From: Octopus sinensis
Lineage: Eukaryota
NCBI RefSeq assembly: GCF_006345805.1
Contig: NC_043004.1
Location: forward strand, 45,756,001 to 45,820,000
Length of the DNA: 64,000 nucleotides
Direction of reading: 5' to 3'
Shown here: positions 51,572 through 64,000 of the stretch, piece after piece
Layout of the letters: each line of letters starts with the position of its first letter
How positions within the stretch are numbered: the stretch's first letter is position 1
Notes under the pieces: model-generated
Told to the model about the DNA's origin: nothing
The model's database searches: none
The model's input: only the letters and a program-made list of their open reading frames with translations
Translations under genes and position numbers: made by a program

Positions 51572-52019
51572 GGATCTTTTCGGTTTGAACGGCAGTTTTT
51601 AACATAATTTCTAGGTAACTAAAAAATTTGAAACTTCGTATACTGGTAGAATGTGTTTATAAAACATCTTTTTCTCTTGGCTTTATTGATAAAATTCTAT
51701 AGTTTGTAAATTGTTGTTTTTTTTCTTCAATTTCTGCAATTTCAACCAATCAGTGACATCTTTTGAGATAAAAACATTCTGTGCCGTATGAATATGTCCC
51801 TCGTTTAAGAAACAGATTGGGTTTATTTACATTTGTGAAGAAAAAAAGATACCCTTCCCCTTAACCCTAGCCCTAACCCTAACTAACCCTAACTAACCCT
51901 AACCAACCCTAACCCTAAAATAGATCGAAATGCAATAGATCGACACTAGGGTCATAATTATGGGGGACAATTTCATATGACACCGCTAGAAAAAACTGCC
52001 GTTCAATCCAAAAAGATCC
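51572..52019. mobile_element. GG-ended MITE with internal telomere-type repeats
   Basis: 29-bp TIRs; flanks tacgttat and tacatcat (6/8 match); (taaccc)-type repeats at 51862-51916. Confidence 0.88.
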
Positions 52020-52467
52020 TACATCATTTAACATATGAATGCCTTTGTAACGGCATTTTCGATATTAGAGTGCAACTCGAGATTTGAAATGCCTTTGCTC
52101 CATCTACGCTATTCGCTAACCTTCTTTTACACGCCACAAATACACGTTCTCCTATGCACAAATACATGTTCCTATATATGTAATGATTAAATATATTTAA
52201 TCGTTCGACGCATTATTGAAAATTGTAATCAATACAATTAGTGTCAGTTAAATGTTTGAAGTGGCACAAAGTTCCATACATACAAACAAAAGTAAACTCA
52301 CAAGCTTAATGTTTAATTATAATCAGTCTGTAACATTAATGAGCCAATAATGTTTCGTAACGTCTCAGTTTTTTCCTTTTGTTTCTTAATTGCGCTTCGT
52401 TAAATCCTTCCATCAATAATTCACATATTTTCTGAGGAAGTTAGTATAGAATAGATATTCTGTCCAT

Positions 52468-52851
52468 AGCGGAGTCGCAATGGCCCAGTGGTTAGGGCAG
52501 CGGACTCGCGGTCATAGGATCGCGGTTTCGATTCCCAGACCGGGCGTTGTGAGTATTTATTGAGTGAAAACACCTAAAGCTCCACGAGGCTCCGGCAGGG
52601 GATGGTGGTGATCCCTGCTGTACTCTTTCACCACAACTTTCTCTCACTCTTACTTCCTGTTTCTGTTGTACGTGTATTTCAAAGGGCCGGCCTTGTAACT
52701 CTCTGTGTCACGCTGAATCTCGCCGAGAACTACGTTAAGGGTACACGTGTCTGTGGAGTGCTCAGCCACTTACACGTTAATTTCACGAGCAGGCTGTTGA
52801 TTCGGATCAACCGGAACCCTCGTCGTCGTAACCGACGGAGTGCTTCCATCC
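52468..52851 (+). mobile_element. SINE family C tail-1 copy
   Basis: Near-identical to 13142; 11-bp TSD attctgtccat at 52457-52467 and 52852-52862. Confidence 0.9.
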
Positions 52852-53390
52852 ATTCTGTCCATGTAGCTTTACTTTGTGTATTGTGTAGTGACTTAAAATG
52901 CCTCCTGTTGCAGATGCTTATTGAATATACGTGTGAGTATAGCAGTTTGGTGTAATAAAGTTTAAAACAAATATTGCTCGCTAAAATTGGACATTACACT
53001 GAGAAAGGTTACAACAAGTATGTAGAAAACAGAATTGTCAAAGACACACTAAACTGTAGCTGATGGCGGTTTTTTTCAAACTTCGATGTTACATCTCACA
53101 CAAGCCATATATGCGTAATACATAAGTAGCACTTACCTACGGTAGAGTCGTTTTAGATCCTGCGGATAAAATGTAAATGTCTACATATGTAAAATTTAGT
53201 AACACTACTATTCCCAATGGAAATATGAAAACATGAGCAAATTTCATACAGAAAAAACCCCCAACTAAGTAGTGATTTTGAATACATATATACATACATA
53301 TTTATATATATATAAATGTACCTGTATTGGAACATGTATATATATTATTATCTATCTGCCGCTGTATCTCTCTCTTCTTCTCTCGGGTTC

Positions 53391-53433
<43 letters not shown>

Positions 53434-53639
53434 TTAAACAAGAATGCCACTGACAGTGATGTTGAAGTTTCGCCCAGTTAAGCCATCGTCGGATTGGGAC
53501 GTATTGCATATAATCTTGTCAGTTTCTCGTCTCTATTGAGTTAAAATCTTCCTTCCTTGAACATGTGGGCTTCAGCGGAGTAGTAATTATATTTTAGGAG
53601 GGGTTGATTAACTTCAATGCGTCGCACAATCTGGCAAAC

Positions 53640-54400
53640 AAACACCCTCTAACACGGAAGTAAAATCACTTGTAATCGTTTTCCTTCTGACACAATATCT
53701 AAAACACACAAAAAGCAAAGTATAAACGATATAACCGCCACAGCCAAAGAAATGACTGCTAACCGTAAAGTAGATGGTAAAATAGGCAACAAAATATCCC
53801 TATATAACCATGAATGGCCTCAAACCTAACTTCAATTGCAATCCATCAGTCAGAGTTATTAATCCTTCGAAACCGGACATAAGTGTCATTAATAAAACAA
53901 ATTATAGGCAGATTCTCACCAAAAATCAAAGTAAAATTGACATTACCCCTCTAAAGTAACACTTCACGAAATAATACATTGGTTCAACAAGATCCCGAGC
54001 AAATATGGATGTCATTTCTTCCGATCCCACGTATGAGATTATTATAGGTCAATAACGAAACCAATTCTTATAGCTGCTTGAACTTGGCTAAAGCCCAAAC
54101 CACAATAAGCGTTACTTAAATAGAAACAAGCAAGGAAATTGTTCCGCTTCCACAGCAATGCTTTCTAGATTAAGAAGAAAACACTAAAGAACCATTTTGA
54201 TATAAGCATGGGATTACAAGACTAGGCAGAAGTAAGCAACATCGTTGGCCTTTACATATGAGAACGCTACGAAGCAAATATCTATCTGTTTCAGGCGATC
54301 TATATAGAGACGATAGTCTGCTCTTACCAAGAATTTACAAGTCACCAAAACAAATAAATTTAAAAGAGAACTACTGGAAAACTACTGCAACTACTCGAAA
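53640..54400 (+). pseudogene. Penelope-like RT domain remnant
   Basis: KPNF.CNPSVRVINPSKPDI; IHWFNKIPSK; HFDISMGLQD*AEVSNIVGLYI; GDLYRDDSL, matching the PLE motifs RLINP, FDVTMGSYDGAE and GLYRDDGL. Confidence 0.8.
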
Positions 54401-54404
54401 TTCT

Positions 54405-55622
54405 GTTTCTTTGCTGGTCGGGAAACAACAAGGAAACCCGAAGCTGGATGATATCAGACTTCGCTACGAGCCATCCAGCAAGCCCGACTGGCCCGTGCTG
54501 GGAATTTCTATGTGCCAAACCGAGGATCCAATGACCGGTAAACAAAGCTCAATTCCTTACATAGTCACATAGATTCCTGACATGAATTTGCTGTGCGGGA
54601 ACGCTATCCAGACACTAGGAATCTCTATGGACAATGCTCTTGGACGGAGATGCATAGAGATGCCGTCGTGAGAGTGCCTGTTCGCACAACCCAGTGTGGA
54701 ATACCTTGACTATACCTTATCGGCCGAAGGAATCGCGAAGGGATCCAAGGTCCAAGCAGTCATGAAGATGCCACCTCCCACGGAACACTTACCCTTAAAG
54801 TCTTTCATGGGTTCGGTTTAGTTTTACGGGGAGTTCATCCCAATCTTGGTCACTACTGCCGTTTAAACACGAAGGCAACTTCCTGGAAGTGGGAAGTGAA
54901 GAACAAGCAGCGTTTGAACAATTAAGAAACGTATTATTCTCAGATCAAGTCCTTGTACATTTCTAGCAAGGCAAGCCTCTAGGACTGACTTGTGATGCGC
55001 CCAGCAGGGAACTGGAGCAGTCCTGTTTCATCATTATGCGGATGCAAGCGAGCGCCCAATTGCCAATGTGTCCAAGATTCTCATGCCTGGAGAAAGGAAC
55101 AACAGCCAAATCCACAAAGAAGTCCTAGCGATTATTTCTGGCTTGTAGAAATTCAACCAGTATCTTGTACGGGCGTAATTTCATACGGGTGACTGATCAT
55201 AAACCACTGACCGTACTGTTTGGCCAGAAGGGACACCACTTTTCGCAGCCAGCCGACCAGTACGATGGGCCCTGTAGCTGAAACAGTTTGACTACATCAT
55301 TGAGTACCGGAAAACAGCGGATCATGGCAATGCAGATGCTTGTGGTCGCTTCTCAAGCAGCTTCATGCTGCTTCAACGTCAAGGTCTTTCTTCGTGGTCC
55401 AGTATGGAGACGACACTGGAAACAGCTACGCCCGCACTACGCTTCTGTGGAGGACTGCTAATCTGGAATATTGACGGACAATATTTCTGAGCATCCGACT
55501 GATCATCCAATGGAGATCCCGGAAGAATAGCCACAAACTCAGACCACTTCTACACATGACCAAACTGCCAGTGCCAGACTATGGATTGGGCAACCCGAGA
55601 CGATACAAGAAAACACCCGGGC
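54405..55622 (+). mobile_element. Ty3/Gypsy (Mag-like) pol remnant with internal deletions
   Basis: Protease end (IVT..NLLCGNAIQTLGI), RT thumb (CLFAQPSVEYL..LKSFMG), RNase H (TCDA..GAVL..ERPIANVSK..KEVLAI..TDHKPL..RWAL..YRKTADHGNADA), integrase tail (VWRRHWKQLR). Confidence 0.88.
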
Positions 55623-55740
<118 letters not shown>

Positions 55741-55959
55741 TTTGTTGTTGACGCTTTTAGTGTAGCATCAGTTTTGGTGGGGAGATGTGGAGATAGCTAG
55801 CGTCTAGATTTGTCCAATTGAAATTGCTGGCATGCGAATCCGTTCAATAGAATCGAAAGAAATGTTGTAAAGCATTCTAAATGTTGTAATAACTTATTTC
55901 TATACAAGCAGAGCTGGTAGAGGGGCCTCCCTTCTTTTGACTTTATCTGTTCTTGTTAT

Positions 55960-56400
55960 ACACTGTCTGAGGGACAGATAATAAACCTTTCTGGAGTATC
56001 ACTATGTTCTTCTTTACAAGTGAAGCACAGCAAGGCCTAAAATAAAAATATTATAAAATAGCCACATTTGAACAGAACTGAAAGAATATTTATAAAAACA
56101 TAGCCCACAAACTCTACCTTATAACTCACAAGAGTTAAAATGTCTTCATGTTAACTAAATTACTTATTCAACAATGAAAACCTAGAGAGAAACCAGTAGA
56201 CCAACAACCTTTCCAACTACCCACATCCTCTTGTGAACATCTAAGCATATGATAAACATGGTTTTAATAGTAGCAACACTATGGATGCCCGTCTAACAAA
56301 CCGCACATTCGAAATGCACCAGAAAGAAACAAGTAAAGGAACGGACGAGCTAAAACGTATCACTTACTTACATTTGTTTGTGAACCACTAAAGAATTCTA
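55960..56400 (+). mobile_element. Probable downstream continuation of the Penelope-like element
   Basis: KITYSTMKNLER-like stretch near 56160 (KxSYSCMPN motif), same strand as 53640-54400; very degraded. Confidence 0.4.
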
Positions 56401-56485
56401 TTATACAAAAGTTGACAAACCCAATGACTAAGTTTTAAATACAGGACATAATTTGGAAACTTTGAAATTTATATTGACAAAATAT

Positions 56486-56914
56486 AGGCGTAGGATTGGC
56501 TGAGTGGTAAGTAGTTTGCTTACCAACCACATGGTTCAGCGCTCAGTCCCACTACGTGGCACCTTGGGCAGGTGTCTTTTACTATAGCCTCGGGCCGACC
56601 AAAGCCTTGTGAGTGGATTTGGTAGACGGAAACTGAAAGAAGCCCATCGTATATATGTATATATGTGTGTGTGTGTATGTGTGTGTATGTGTTTGTGTGT
56701 CTGTGTTTGTTCTCTCAACATCGCTTGACAACCGATGCTGGTGTGTTTACGTCCCCGTAACTTAGCGGTTCGGCAAAAGAGACCGACAGTATAAGTACTG
56801 GGCTTACAAAGAATATGTCCTGGGGTCGATTTGATCGACCAAAGGTGGTGCTCCAGCATAGCCACAGTCAAATGACTGAAACAAGTAAAAGAGTAAAAGA
56901 GTAAAAGAGTAAAA
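56486..56914 (+). mobile_element. SINE family A, full length, (gtaaaaga)n tail
   Basis: Matches 39621-40012. Confidence 0.9.
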
Positions 56915-57232
56915 TAAAACATATCTAATAATAATAACATAACGTAAACTTTCAACCAAAAGGAACACGCGTATATACTAACACTTGCTTGCTAAGTTTT
57001 ACAAACATGAATAAATTCTAGATAATAAAATAAGTCCATATTTATTCAAATAGTTCTCCAAAATGCCACTCCATAAGAAACCATGCTAAAACATAATTAC
57101 CACTCTACTCATTAGATTAACTTCAGTGATTCACAATCCAAGGATGGCATAACTGTCCGAAACTTCGAAGTCACTGTTAATAATATTCTTGTTGAAGAAT
57201 AATAAATTCGTATTCTCTTAATGTAGGATTTA

Positions 57233-57397
57233 GTGCTGGAGCACTGCCTTTACCCGAGCAAATCGACCACAGTGGTTATTCTTTGTAAGCCTAGAACTTA
57301 TTCTATCGGTTTCTTGTGCCGAACCGCTAAGTTACGGGAACGTAAACAAACCAGCATCGGTTTCCAAGCGATGTTGGGGGGGACAAACACAGACACA

Positions 57398-57479
<82 letters not shown>

Positions 57480-57656
57480 AGATATACATATATGCGACGG
57501 GCTTCTTTCAGTTTCCGTCTACAAAATCCACTCACAAGGGTTTGGTCGGCCCGAGGCTATAGTAGAAGAAACCAACTGAAGGTGCCACGCAGTGGTACTG
57601 AACCCGGAACCATGTGGCTGGTAAGCAAGCTACTTACCACACAGCCACTCCTGCGC
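57233..57656 (-). mobile_element. SINE family A, near full length
   Basis: Reverse complement of 56486-56870. Confidence 0.9.
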
Positions 57657-58190
57657 TTAGGATTAATCTAAAAACTTATATAACACGAAGATGGAAAAAA
57701 CCGGCTTTAATAAAAGTTTATATTTGTTTCAACGCCTGACATCAGCGATAAACTGCTGACATTCGCGTCAGGTATCATTTCGTAAACTGTGCAGAATAAT
57801 TGTATAAACAAATATAATTCAGCAACAAATGTGTGTCGGTGCTTCATCAGAAAGAATACCAATGGACGCTGTCGGATTTTTTCGAGTTTCTTCTCTTTTA
57901 TATGCAAAGCATGATACCTGACTTCCTTTATCTTACAGTTCATAGAAATACTGCATGATAGAAATATGTAATATTAGAAATACATAGAAGTATAAATATT
58001 GTTAGAACAAGACCAAAAGGAAAATGAAAAAATAAAATGACTATAACACCAAATATTATAATGAAAATAAAATAAAGGCCATGTTAATAATAGTGATAGT
58101 AAATAAAAATACAGTAATAGTAATAATGATATGGATTGTAATACGGGAGATAACGTGTTAATACTACCAAATGAAGCAATATATACATAC

Positions 58191-58271
<81 letters not shown>

Positions 58272-58716
58272 TATAAACAATAGTATCCTGATATATTTAA
58301 ATAAATTTTTATTCACTTCGATCACCTTTGGAAATTTTCTGCGGCATTAAAAACGGTCATCGCACACATTGGTTGTGATGAATAAACTCTACAACCGTGG
58401 GTGTCAGTAAAACTCTCTGAAGAGTAACTAAGGACATTCCTCTGAGTTCGAAATCATAGTGACACGGGCATGTCTGATTTTTCCATTTTCGATTATTTTC
58501 GTTATCGGTACGGGGTTCTTAGATTTTTTATTCATTTACTCGCTTCCTCCTTTGTTCTTAATTGAAAATTGTGGTTTGGTCATTTTGACTGTCATGCCAG
58601 TATGCCGGTACTGACTGTTAGTACCCTTAATTATTAATATATATATATATATATAATATATATATATATATTATATATATATATATATGTATATGTATAT
58701 ATATATGGGGAGAGTT

Positions 58717-58890
58717 TACGAAAAAAACAACAAAAGACGAAGACGGGTGGTGTACAAAACAAAGAGATGTATTAGTATAACGCTCAGGAATAGGAAAAGT
58801 ATTTTACGTTTCGAGCCTACGCTCTTCTAGAGAAAGGGATACAGAAAACAAGGAGAGAAACAAGAAGAGAAAAAATGTGTGTAGTGGCTA
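58717..58890 (-). mobile_element. Penelope-like terminal fragment with a decayed hammerhead-like motif
   Basis: Minus strand tttctctagaagagcgtaggctcgaaacgtaaaa; flanks similar to 8550-8620 and 32620-32690. Confidence 0.55.
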
Positions 58891-59655
58891 ACGATACGTA
58901 TATACATGTGTATGTGTGTGCATGCAGCTATATGGATATATGTATATACATACGCATACATGTTTCTCTTTTTTTATACATTGATGGCACTACACCATCC
59001 CAAAACTGGGTGCTATGCTAGAAGAGCAAATTTATGAGCGTTACGCAGATGCTTGAAGGAACATGGAACTGAAGAATTCCAGTTGACGAGCTCGACTCCC
59101 AGAAAACCCAGAAGATGAGGATAATTCAAGGGAAGCTGGGTATAATTCAAAGTACTGAATTGCTCTAACGCTTCCATCCCCTATTGTGTACTCAGTTTAT
59201 TTTCAATATTACAATGCAGCATATACAAATGTACACGCACACACACAAACACGCATACACACATATACACATACAAGCATAATACTCTCATGCATACATA
59301 CAAACGTACACCCATAGGTACATACATACATACATATGTATGTATGTATACATACACATACACATACATGTGTATGTATGTATACATACACATACACATA
59401 CATATACACAGACACAAACACACCACACACATATATATACACACACACATATATACGTACATACTACACGCACGCACACACACACACAGATACAACACAC
59501 ACTCACATATTTGGCAATATAATTATACGTTACTCATTCTTTCAAGCACTCATCCGTTCTACCTTCACATTCACTCTTCTATTAATTCTCTCCTTCAACC
59601 TCTTTCTCTATCTTCCTCTCTTTGTATAAAAATACACACACACACACACACGCAC

Positions 59656-59703
<48 letters not shown>

Positions 59704-60523
59704 TTCTCTGTAAGTCTCTTTCTATTCCCTTTCTCATTCATTCAATCACTACATCTAACTACATTCGATTGATTTAATCAGTCGTTTCGGATAAAAATCT
59801 AAATACTTCAAAGAACGTCTAGGTTTTTATACCCTAAAGGCAGTTAAATGCAGTATTGACGAACGTAAAAATATCCTTTAAAGGCTACTATAAGAAAATT
59901 TATAGCCAGTCGATGTTCGTTGATTCCTATTACACTTCTTAGATTGACCGACCGGTCAAAGGAAGTTCGGTGGCGGCAAATATCTAGCATACGAACTAAC
60001 AGTGTATTTTACTATTCAATTTTTATCACGTTTTGATGAAGGTTAGCCATTTTTCGATTAGTAATAAACAGTGCAACAAACAACGAGAGTGGTAACGTGC
60101 CTGCTCCCTCAGGCCGATCTATGAAGAGCTTCACTGCGGATTCCTGGCAATAATTTTTCTCTTGCTATGTTGCAATTTGTGTAACACTCATCGCTCTGTT
60201 CCTTTCCCCTCCATCTCTCTCTCTCTGTCTCAATTCTTCCTGTGTCCTATCCTCTATTTTGGTTATATCTCTCTCTCTCTCTCTCTCGCTCTCTTTCTCT
60301 CTTTGTTTCTCAAACACTGTATCGACTGTTATGTCTTTACTGGACACTTCTTGAACGTCTATCCCGCGCCACTAATATGCCATGAGTATTTTTGTGTATT
60401 CACATGTACGTCCGCATGTATGCGTGAGTCTGTGTGAGTGTGGCCTCATGTGTGTGCGTATGTGTGCATGCGTATGTGCGCGTGCACTGTGTTTTTCATG
60501 TCCTCTTTCATAAATCTTTTCAG

Positions 60524-60571
60524 GTTAACGATGTTAAATTTTTGCCTGACAGCATGAAAGCCATAATTAAG
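60524..60571 (+). CDS. Candidate 48-nt coding exon (VNDVKFLPDSMKAIIK), phase 0 to 0
   Basis: Acceptor tcctctttcataaatcttttcag|, donor aag|gtaagg; only one frame is open; protein not recognised. Confidence 0.55.
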
Positions 60572-60649
60572 GTAAGGTGTTTCCTTTGACCACTCTTTTA
60601 AAATGAAAACGGGGCCTTTATATGCTATATATATATATATATATATATA

Positions 60650-60690
<41 letters not shown>

Positions 60691-60968
60691 TAATTATACA
60701 CACAAACTTCCATATTTATGTATAGAAAAATATATATGTGCGTGATGTGTATGTATGTATGTATACATGTATGTATGTTGTAGGTATTTATCTATATACT
60801 TGCATCCATAAAAAACAAATGCGGCATATTTCCACACGTATCTATAATAATATAGGACTAAACATATAAACAAATATCTGTATAAACATCAGTTTATTTC
60901 TTCACATTAATTCTTATTTCGCATTTTTGTTTGGAACAACAAATATGCATTTTCACACGCAATTATGC

Positions 60969-61012
<44 letters not shown>

Positions 61013-61019
<7 letters not shown>

Positions 61020-61212
61020 CCACGTGATCGACAGGCTATCAGATGTTGCTACACATCGCTGGTCACAATGCGCTTCGCATTGTTTTAGCCTTCAGATGAC
61101 ACCACCCCGCTGCGTAAGCGAAGAGGCTAACACAAGAAAAAACGAGAGAAAGTTGCGGTGAAAGTGTACAGCAGGGATCGCCTCCCCACTGCCGGAGCCT
61201 CATGGAGCTTTA
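61013..61212 (-). mobile_element. SINE family C tail-2 fragment
   Basis: Reverse of 43000-43170 (ctggtcacaatgcgcttcgcattgttttagcc). Confidence 0.8.
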
Positions 61213-61919
61213 AATATTAGGCAGTAACAATGGAAAGCACACTTGCCTTTTGTACGCGCCACTATTTGAACGATTAAAAATAAGGAAAAATGGGAACTTT
61301 TCGACGATTGATCATGCAAATGAAAGCTCTAAACGGGGGCTACATGCAGCGGCAAATTTCTTTCAGAAGAAAGGAAAACTGTAAACAATGAAAAATAAAA
61401 GGCAAACATACGTAAAAATGAGAAATTTCTTTCAACTTACCTTAATTTTCAAAGTCTTACCTTAATTTTCAAAATGTCGAACCTATTTTCCGCGCTTAAA
61501 TTACAAATCCGCTTCCAATTTACCATGTTGAAAATTTTATTGAAATCGGGCAAAATATATCCAATCTACACCCCCAAGTGTCCCCCAAAATCAATAAAAT
61601 CACCATTTTCACACCAAACCAACCACTCTAGTGCCCCAAAACGTCTTCCATTCAATTTCTCACCTCAAGTTACCCCTTCCAGCCCCATTTAGACATCTTT
61701 TTACATAAAGATCCAATTTGTATTCATTTCATAGATTAGATTAAAGATAACCGCCTCTAGCCACTGATGCAACAGGAAAACCCACCATTATTCAAACAGC
61801 GCAACCTGTCTATCTCATAAAACTCAATTTTCCCCATATTCTTCACCATGGTAACCAAACGGTAGCCCCAAGCAACTTCAGCCCTCCTCACACCTTGCCC
61901 ACCCCAATTTACTCCTCAA

Positions 61920-62099
61920 TGTAAATTTTGGCGCCAATCCGACCCCATCTGCCACTCCTTAAACGGTTCCTGTCCCAAAATGAGACAAATAACCAAGAAA
62001 TCAAACAACTTTTTCGCATTTCAGCTTTATAGATATTGATATATATATATAACACATATATATATATGTACACACATATATATATATATAATATATATA

Positions 62100-62140
<41 letters not shown>

Positions 62141-62600
62141 ATAATAATTCACCGTTCTAAAAGACATGTGGCGGGAATATTAAAATGTTTGCGGCTGTCA
62201 ACGCTTTCTCTCTATAGATACAGACAGACGTACAGTGAGAGAGGTGGTGGAAGAGTGACAGAGAGACGTGAAGGCGGGGATGGAATTAGAGTGGAAGGTT
62301 TCAAACGTCGTTATAGAGAGAAATTGGAAAGAGGCAATGAAAGAGAGAGATCGAGGAAGACAGCGTGATATCCGAAAGTGAGAAACGACAAACACTTGTC
62401 AAAGTCTGGGTTTTGTTGCCCTAGTAACCACAGCTTTTGATATATGGGTTTTTAACCTAGTCCAGTCGCTTCCTCGCTTCTTTTTACATGTTCCTGTAAA
62501 TTTTGGCGCCAATCCGACCCGATCTACCGGCCCTTAAACCGTTCTCATCCCAAAATGAGACAAACTACTTGTTCGCATTTCAGCTTTATACATATTGATA
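61920..62600 (+). repeat. Two direct copies of a 110-120 bp element end (61920-62040 and 62495-62600), possibly Helitron-type
   Basis: tgtaaattttggcgccaatccgaccc...cccaaaatgagacaaa...tcgcatttcagctttata.atattgat, each running into (AT)n. Confidence 0.6.
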
Positions 62601-62614
62601 TAGATATATGTATG

Positions 62615-62678
<64 letters not shown>

Positions 62679-63140
62679 CATATTATACGTGGATGTACAT
62701 GAGTTTGTGTGTGTATGCGTTCGTCATATTTATCTGTGTATGAGTGCGTATGTGCATGTACATCGGTGCGTATGTGCATGTACATCGGTGCGTATGTGTG
62801 CGATATACACGAATTCACGCTGCAATATATTTGCATACACATATATATATATATATACATATGTATATGCATGTTGTCTACACAAGTGGAACTCTCAGAA
62901 CACTCTTATAGACATGGGAATTTGTGCATATATATGCATGCCTTCATACATAAATACGTACATACATACACTCTCATATACAAACAAAAAAATATACATC
63001 TATATATATATACATAGATATATATAACATATATATATATACATACACACGCACATATATGTATACACATGCACATAATCATGTATGTATACTTAATCAC
63101 GAACAAATGTATATATAAATACTATTCTTTGATTCCTCTA

Positions 63141-63330
63141 TTTGTTTTAGTCATTTGACTGCGAACATTGCTGGAGCACCGCTTTTAGTTGCACAAATCA
63201 ACCCTAGAACTTATTCTCTCTAATCCAAGTAATTTATCAGTCTCTTTTGCCGAACCACTAATTTACGATGACGTAAACACACGAAAATTGGTGTCAAGCG
63301 ATGGTGGGGGGACAAACACAGACACACAAA
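63141..63330 (-). mobile_element. SINE family A 3' half
   Basis: gtcatttgactgcg...gctggagcaccgc...gccgaacc...gacaaacacagacacac. Confidence 0.8.
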
Positions 63331-63443
63331 TACTTATATATATATAAATTTATATAAATAAGGATAAGATCGTTAATTTAAATACTGATCTTATCAGGTG
63401 GCCAGCATGGGAATAAAAACCTTTCAAAGGTAATAATTATTTC

Positions 63444-63701
63444 AAATTATAATTTAGGGTATCTAAATTACACGCTGGAAATAGCAGTCAAAACTTGACT
63501 CTGAAATCACATTAGATGTTCATACAGCACCAGGAAGAAGACAAAGAGACAAAATAAACTAGCATAAAAAAATTACTAGTTTTATTTGTCTCTTTGTCTT
63601 CTCTCTTTGTGCTGTACGAACATTTAATGTGGTTTTAGAGTCAAATTTTGACTGCTATTTCCAGCGTGGTGGTATCTCTTATATACCCTAAATTATAATT
63701 T
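63444..63701. repeat. Fold-back palindrome with arms of about 120 bp
   Basis: aaattataatttagggtat...gctggaaatagcagtcaaaa...gacaaagagacaaa is mirrored after a 13-nt loop (63563-63575). Confidence 0.85.
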
Positions 63702-64000
63702 TATATAATACATATATATATATAATATATATATACAAATACACACACACAGATACATATATATTTATACATACATACATAAATATGAGTGTTTATATAT
63801 ATACATATAAATCGTGATGAATAATAAATTCACATACGTTCCATACGTTCCATTTTTCATTTGCTATATATTTATATATGTATGTATATATATATATGTT
63901 TATATGTATATATATATGTGTGTATGTATATGTATGTATGTATGTATTATGTATGTGTGTATGTGTAATCATGTTTGACGTTTTATATGAATGATCACCT

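Noticed and set aside
58411-58462. Hammerhead-like ctgaaga...cgaaa
   Set aside because: Helix II pairs poorly and there is no NUH triplet or helix III; at best a very old relic
58985-59200. Possible 3' end of a restriction-like-endonuclease LINE (LGAM...IIQSTELL)
   Set aside because: Too degraded to support beyond two short motifs

Overview
AT-rich eukaryotic genomic DNA with very dense microsatellites. It is mostly transposon debris and looks intronic or intergenic. The SINE families and the repeat load resemble an octopus (coleoid cephalopod) genome; this is an inference from remembered repeat families, not a database match. I found no rRNA, true tRNA, CRISPR or complete gene. Almost every ORF in the supplied track is a translated microsatellite or SINE. 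Supported content: four tRNA-headed SINE families (my labels A-D, about 30 copies, several with target-site duplications, TSDs); a mariner and a Tc1-like transposase remnant; two RTE/BovB LINE pieces; an R4/Dong-type LINE ending in (TAA)n; a doubly deleted Ty3/Gypsy pol inside a Penelope-like element (PLE); several more PLE fragments; a GG-ended MITE family with 8-bp TSDs; and several long fold-back palindromes. A few short exon candidates with strong splice sites suggest a + strand host gene, and one encodes a WSC-like YIGCWND motif. The best discovery lead is an apparently intact type I hammerhead ribozyme at 34834-34935 with a palindromic helix III. It lies about 0.5 kb from a decayed orphan ORF on the opposite strand that has a basic stretch and a C-terminal CxxC-x12-CxxC motif. 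All alignments were done by eye and nothing was searched against databases.
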